The position numbers were made by a program, and so were the translations under genes. The notes under the pieces were generated by a model. It searched no databases and had not been told where the DNA came from. It saw nothing but the letters and a program-made list of their open reading frames with translations. Below are positions 59,855 through 64,000 of a stretch of DNA of 64,000 nucleotides, piece by piece. The stretch is taken from assembly GCA_951812955.1 (NCBI GenBank), contig OX638340.1, forward strand, positions 2,880,001-2,944,000. Reading direction: 5' to 3'. Position 1 is the stretch's first letter. Each line of letters opens with the position of its first letter. This DNA is from an uncultured Gemmatimonadota bacterium. GTDB taxonomy: Bacteria > JAAXHH01.

Positions 59855-60664
59855 TCAGTTCCGTTCCAACGCTTTTTCGACTTCGGAATCCCAGGTGCCG
59901 TCCACGCGTATCCCATATTCGGCTACGCCCCCAGTGGCCCGTGGTCCGGTGATATAGGGCCGGTAGTCGCGGCCGTCCTCAATGAGGCGGTCCGGCGCGT
60001 AGTCCGCGCGGAGGAAGTGGAAGGCGATGCCGGCCCGGGCCTTATTCGTACTGTTATGACCCGTGCAGTGCGCGGTGCCATAGCAGAAGAACAGCGCGCC
60101 GCCTGCCTTCAGCTCGATGATATCCGCTTGTTCCTCCGGCGGGTAGCAGCGTATGTGGTGGTCGCTGTACTGGTCCCGGCTATGCTCGTAGGCTGTCCGG
60201 TAGCTGTCCGGGATCACCTGCATGGTGCCGTTTTCGACGTTCGCGTCGTGCACGGCAATCCAGACGGCCGTTCCCATAAGGGGATCGCTGATCTTGAAAT
60301 AGGCGTTGTCCTGGTGCCAGTGGGTGCCCATGCCGTCTCCGCCCGGTTTGAGGAAGACCTGGTCCAGTTGGAGAATATAGGGGTCTCCGATCAACTGGGA
60401 GATGGCGGCGATCACGTCGGGCTGGAACGGAAGGGCCCTGAACAGGTCGCTGTGGCTGAACATAGGGCACAACTGCAGGTTGCGCCGCGTCGTGGACTTC
60501 GTCTCTCCATCGCCCTCCGTGGCCACGTTGCGCAAGGCGCCTTCTTCCATGAGACGATCGATTTCGGCCTGAAGCGCCCGGGTATCCTCGTCGGAGAAGA
60601 ACCCGGGTTTAGCCACGTAGCCATGAGATTTGAAATGGTCGACTTCTTCCTTTGTCAATACCAT
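59855..60664 (-). CDS. phytanoyl-CoA dioxygenase (PhyH) family protein
   Basis: HWHQDNAYF ... H motifs at PhyH-like positions. Confidence 0.7.
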   Translation of the reverse strand: MVLTKEEVDHFKSHGYVAKPGFFSDEDTRALQAEIDRLMEEGALRNVATEGDGETKSTTRRNLQLCPMFSHSDLFRALPFQPDVIAAISQLIGDPYILQLDQVFLKPGGDGMGTHWHQDNAYFKISDPLMGTAVWIAVHDANVENGTMQVIPDSYRTAYEHSRDQYSDHHIRCYPPEEQADIIELKAGGALFFCYGTAHCTGHNSTNKARAGIAFHFLRADYAPDRLIEDGRDYRPYITGPRATGGVAEYGIRVDGTWDSEVEKALERN

Positions 60665-60796
60665 CGTCCTTCGTCCTTTGCCCGGTCCGGCCGGCCGGAA
60701 TGCCCAGGTTCATCCTGCACAAGGTCCGGCGTGGACCTGTTCATGCGCAGAGCCAGCCCATGGTGTCGGCGCCCGGCTCAACACGGTGCCGTCGTG

Positions 60797-63700
60797 TCAG
60801 AAGCTCATGCGAGCCAGCAGGCCGATTCGGTGATCGGACGCGCTGCCATGCCGCTCGAGTCGCATACCGGAGAGTTCCAGGGATGCGCCGCTGGCGCGAG
60901 AACCCGATTGGGAGAGTCTGGCGCCCAGCCGCATCCGCCGCCGGTCGTCTCCGAGGAGATACATTTCGCCGAAAGGCGTCATCAACATGCCAATGGACGG
61001 ATACGCGAGCCCGTAACCGACCTCGGCCTTGAACGCACGGGTGTTGTCCCGGCCGTTCACGGATGTACCGGCAAGCGGTCTGTCACGCCACATCATGCCC
61101 GAGTCTCCCGTACCGGCGCCAATACGCGGCGCGATGGACATGGATAGACCGGTCCCGCCCGCACCGGGATTGAGGTAGGCGGCAACGGAGAACCCGTTTT
61201 CGCTGTATCCATCGGCGGTGTGCACCGCCAGGAACCTGCCCTGCGCGTTTACGCCCACCCGGCCGCCTGACAGGCGCAAGCCTCCCGAGACCTCCAGACC
61301 CTGGCCCGTCTGGCCGGTGCCGCCGTCATAACGTCCGGCAACCTGGGCATAGGGCGTGATCGTGGTTCCGCCGGCAAGCGTCGACGTACGTGACCCTTCC
61401 AGGCCGATCCGGACCCGCTGCACGTCGCTTTCGATGTCGCTCAACGACGGGGATTCGCTGTCGGCGGTCGAAAGACGCAACAGGCCGGCGTCCCCGATTA
61501 CATCGAGACCCGTGCCGCCCGTCCCCGCCACCCGCATGCGCGTGCCCACCATGGCCATGCGCATGGAGAGATCGCTCGCAGCATCCTCCACATCGACTTC
61601 GCCGGTGCCGAGACCCACAATCGACCACACTTCCGTAAGACAGGTGCTGCTTGCCCATCGCAGGTATGGCAGCACACTGGTAAGGCGCGATTCCAGGCTG
61701 CCGCTCGCGACCGTTACGTCGTAATCGGACTGGCCCGCCGCGTGCGAAAGGGCAATACCCGCCATCCAGTTGCGCTCCGTGGCCACATCAAAACCGACGT
61801 AAGCCGTCTTCATGTCGCCATCGTAGCTGGTATTCACGTCGGGTTCGCCCTGGAAGTTCTGCAAATCGCCGGCGCCCCAGACAGACCATCGGAGACCTCC
61901 GTTGGCCGTGCCATCCTCCAGCGCGTACGAGAACGAACTCGTGCTCAACAGGTATCCGCTGTTAACGTAGCGCCGGTTTTCGCCGTCGTTCAACAGCGCC
62001 AGGTGTTTCGCCGAAACCTGGCGTCCGTGGCCGGTAAGTCTGGCCAGGGCCGCCACACTGGACGCGAATCCGTCTATCCTGCGACCTCCCACGGTGAATC
62101 CCTGTCCGCCCGTTCCATCGGAGAAGCGGCCGCCGATCGTTGAGGAGACGCTGGACAGCATGTTCCGGCCCATGGCGCTCAGGATGTTCTCGTAGACCAT
62201 CCGTTCCGCCGCGATGGCCGTAACCGTCACGCCGACGGTAAGGCTGGCCTCGCCGGCCGCGTTCCGGGCGGTGACCGTCACTGTGGCGGAACCCTTGCGA
62301 ACGCCTGTTACGGTCAGCGTGGCCGCCGACATAACGGCCGTTGCCACGCTGTTATCGGATGTGGACGCGGTTAAACTCAGATCTGTACCGCTGAACAGCG
62401 CACCCGCGTTGATTGTCTCGCTTTCACCCGAGTCCAGTGATACCGAAGGCGGACTGCCCACGATTGCCGGGGCATCGTAGGAGTCGGTTATTGTGACCGT
62501 CGCGGAATCCAGGTCCTGGCCATCGTAACTCGCCGTGACGATGATCGTCTCTCCTCCGGACTCGTACACATCGTCGTTGATGACCGTGATGGCAAGCTCG
62601 GAAGAACCTTCCGTGGCCTCGCCTGGAATCGTAATACTCAGGTTGCCACGGACGCTGTAGTCATCGCTGCTGGCCGTACCGGATAGCGCAAGCGGGATTA
62701 CCGTCGTGATCGGTATGGCCCCGCTCGTCTGCGTCGCCGTCACGTTCACGGTCTGCGTACCGCCGTCTTCGGACACAGCCTCGGGGGTAACAGAAAGCGT
62801 AATCTCCGGGACGTAGCCGGTCAGATCGAAATAGAATCCTGACCCGATTACGAGTTCCGTCCCGTCGACCATGACGGTTTCCGTGTAACTCACCTTGGGC
62901 GAGCCCGTATCTTCGTCGCCGTCCACAGCCGGGTTGTCGAAGTAATACTCTACATAACCTCCCCCGGCCTGCGCTGCCGCGATAAGCTCACGAGTGTAAT
63001 AGACCCCATTCAGGTCCTGGTCATCGAAAATGTTCATGTTCTCGATCGATGGGTTGGCACCGTTGAAAACGAGCAGGCCGTCTGTTTGCAGGAAAAAAAT
63101 GTAGATCTCACCCAGCCGCCAGTTTCCGTCCTCGACCCGGAAGGCCTCGACGACGTCACTGTGAAGATCGAATCCCACTTCATCGATGGCGCCTTTGTAG
63201 GCTGCTTTGGCCGCCTGGACAAATGACCTGAGGCTTGCCCGGTCCATCACGTCCGCCGCGGTTACGTCTCCAACAGGAAGAGGAGGTACGAGAACGTCCA
63301 GCACCGTGATCGTCGACGACCCGATATCCTCTCCCTCGTAAGTGGCCTTAACCACGATGGTCTCGCCGTCTTCCTCGGCTACGTCGTCGATCACATCGAA
63401 GGTAAGCGTCGTGGAAGCCGACGTGGCATCCCTTGGAATGATGATTTCGAGCGTTCCGTCCGAGGTATAGTCATCGCTTGTGGCCGTACCCTCGAGTGTC
63501 AGGTCGATGATCGTAGCCACCGGCACCGGGTCGTCGGTGAGCGTGGCCGTCACGGTCACCTCCTGGCCGTCTTCGCCTTCGACGAGGGTTTCACGGTCCA
63601 CCTCCAATGTGATCGCCGGGACGTCGTCCACGGGTCTTCGGTAAAAACCGGCGCCCACGACGAAGGTCTGGCCGGGATAAAAATCCGGATATTCAATAGT

Positions 63701-64000
63701 CTCAGCGTAACTCACCTTGGGCGAACCGAGCTCTTCGTCTCCCATGACCGACGGGTCGTCATAGTGGTACTCGACAAATCCACCGCCCCCAATCGCGACG
63801 TTGATGAGGTCTTCAATGAAGCGCTTGCCGTTCAAGTCTTCCAGGTCGATCCGAATGGCGCCTTCCTGCGTTATGTCCGCCCCGTGGAAGAACACGAACC
63901 CTTGCGTTGTCAGGACGAACAGGTAGATGGCGCCTTCCCTGAACGGTCCTCCTTCTTCCCTCAATGCGGCTTTCAGCCTCCCGACCTCCACGCCGCGCGT
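60797..64000 (-). CDS. large surface protein (N-terminus outside window): tandem [Cache-like sensor + Calx-beta-like] modules on an autotransporter-like C-terminal beta-barrel
   Basis: The frame is open to the window edge. Two Cache-like blocks (…GGGFVEYHYDDP…KVSYAETIE…VVGAGFY and …GGGYVEYYFDNP…KVSYTETV…VIGSGFY). Each is followed by a Calx-beta-like segment (TLTFDVIDDVAEEDGETIVV). The C-terminal ~450 aa are beta-rich and end in ...MSF. Confidence 0.55.
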   Translation of the reverse strand, partial: TRGVEVGRLKAALREEGGPFREGAIYLFVLTTQGFVFFHGADITQEGAIRIDLEDLNGKRFIEDLINVAIGGGGFVEYHYDDPSVMGDEELGSPKVSYAETIEYPDFYPGQTFVVGAGFYRRPVDDVPAITLEVDRETLVEGEDGQEVTVTATLTDDPVPVATIIDLTLEGTATSDDYTSDGTLEIIIPRDATSASTTLTFDVIDDVAEEDGETIVVKATYEGEDIGSSTITVLDVLVPPLPVGDVTAADVMDRASLRSFVQAAKAAYKGAIDEVGFDLHSDVVEAFRVEDGNWRLGEIYIFFLQTDGLLVFNGANPSIENMNIFDDQDLNGVYYTRELIAAAQAGGGYVEYYFDNPAVDGDEDTGSPKVSYTETVMVDGTELVIGSGFYFDLTGYVPEITLSVTPEAVSEDGGTQTVNVTATQTSGAIPITTVIPLALSGTASSDDYSVRGNLSITIPGEATEGSSELAITVINDDVYESGGETIIVTASYDGQDLDSATVTITDSYDAPAIVGSPPSVSLDSGESETINAGALFSGTDLSLTASTSDNSVATAVMSAATLTVTGVRKGSATVTVTARNAAGEASLTVGVTVTAIAAERMVYENILSAMGRNMLSSVSSTIGGRFSDGTGGQGFTVGGRRIDGFASSVAALARLTGHGRQVSAKHLALLNDGENRRYVNSGYLLSTSSFSYALEDGTANGGLRWSVWGAGDLQNFQGEPDVNTSYDGDMKTAYVGFDVATERNWMAGIALSHAAGQSDYDVTVASGSLESRLTSVLPYLRWASSTCLTEVWSIVGLGTGEVDVEDAASDLSMRMAMVGTRMRVAGTGGTGLDVIGDAGLLRLSTADSESPSLSDIESDVQRVRIGLEGSRTSTLAGGTTITPYAQVAGRYDGGTGQTGQGLEVSGGLRLSGGRVGVNAQGRFLAVHTADGYSENGFSVAAYLNPGAGGTGLSMSIAPRIGAGTGDSGMMWRDRPLAGTSVNGRDNTRAFKAEVGYGLAYPSIGMLMTPFGEMYLLGDDRRRMRLGARLSQSGSRASGASLELSGMRLERHGSASDHRIGLLARMSF

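Overview
This 64 kb window is about 65% GC and densely coding. It comes from a diderm bacterium, judged from the TolC-like, MlaC-like and LpxH-like genes and an autotransporter-like barrel. The organism uses ATG, GTG and TTG starts, 4-bp ATGA/TGA gene overlaps, and canonical TTGACA-N17/18-TATAAT promoters that sit in small AT-rich islands.

Main content, in order:
- a TPP-dependent 2-oxo-acid dehydrogenase E1alpha-E1beta-E2 operon;
- two Fe(II)/2OG oxygenases;
- a cobalamin-riboswitch-controlled btuD/btuC-like ABC importer plus PduO-type adenosyltransferase operon, divergent from a cbiZ-cbiB corrinoid-salvage pair;
- a RelA/SpoT, Tat-signal aminotransferase and GT2 run;
- KorAB 2-oxoacid:ferredoxin oxidoreductase, PurU and a 7Fe ferredoxin;
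- a CCA-adding enzyme, M50 protease and dipeptide epimerase;
- an AT-rich island followed by a collagen-like (Gly-X-Y) lipoprotein;
- a BlaI/BlaR1-like switch directly upstream of a nine-gene co-directional envelope cluster (details below);
- a convergent 1.9k-aa tandem UvrA-UvrA fusion;
- a methyltransferase, Gfo/Idh/MocA and SDR block;
- cspA with a long 5'UTR and a clean terminator;
- a P1 (DmpA-type) peptidase, a secreted PD40-propeller/metallohydrolase fusion, a PhyH dioxygenase, and a partial giant surface protein (Cache-Calx-beta repeats on an autotransporter-like barrel).

The nine-gene cluster contains two nucleotidyltransferase/CDP-alcohol phosphotransferase fusions (IPCT/DIPPS-like), a methyltransferase, an MOP flippase, a TolC-like OMF, a DUF3047 protein, MlaC, an NPP-type phosphodiesterase and a radical SAM/SPASM enzyme. 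It is the best candidate for an undescribed system, most plausibly synthesis, modification and outer-membrane trafficking of a CDP-alcohol-derived phosphodiester headgroup or solute.

No rRNA, tRNA, CRISPR, integrase or transposase was recognised. Many long ORFs antisense to real genes are high-GC artefacts.
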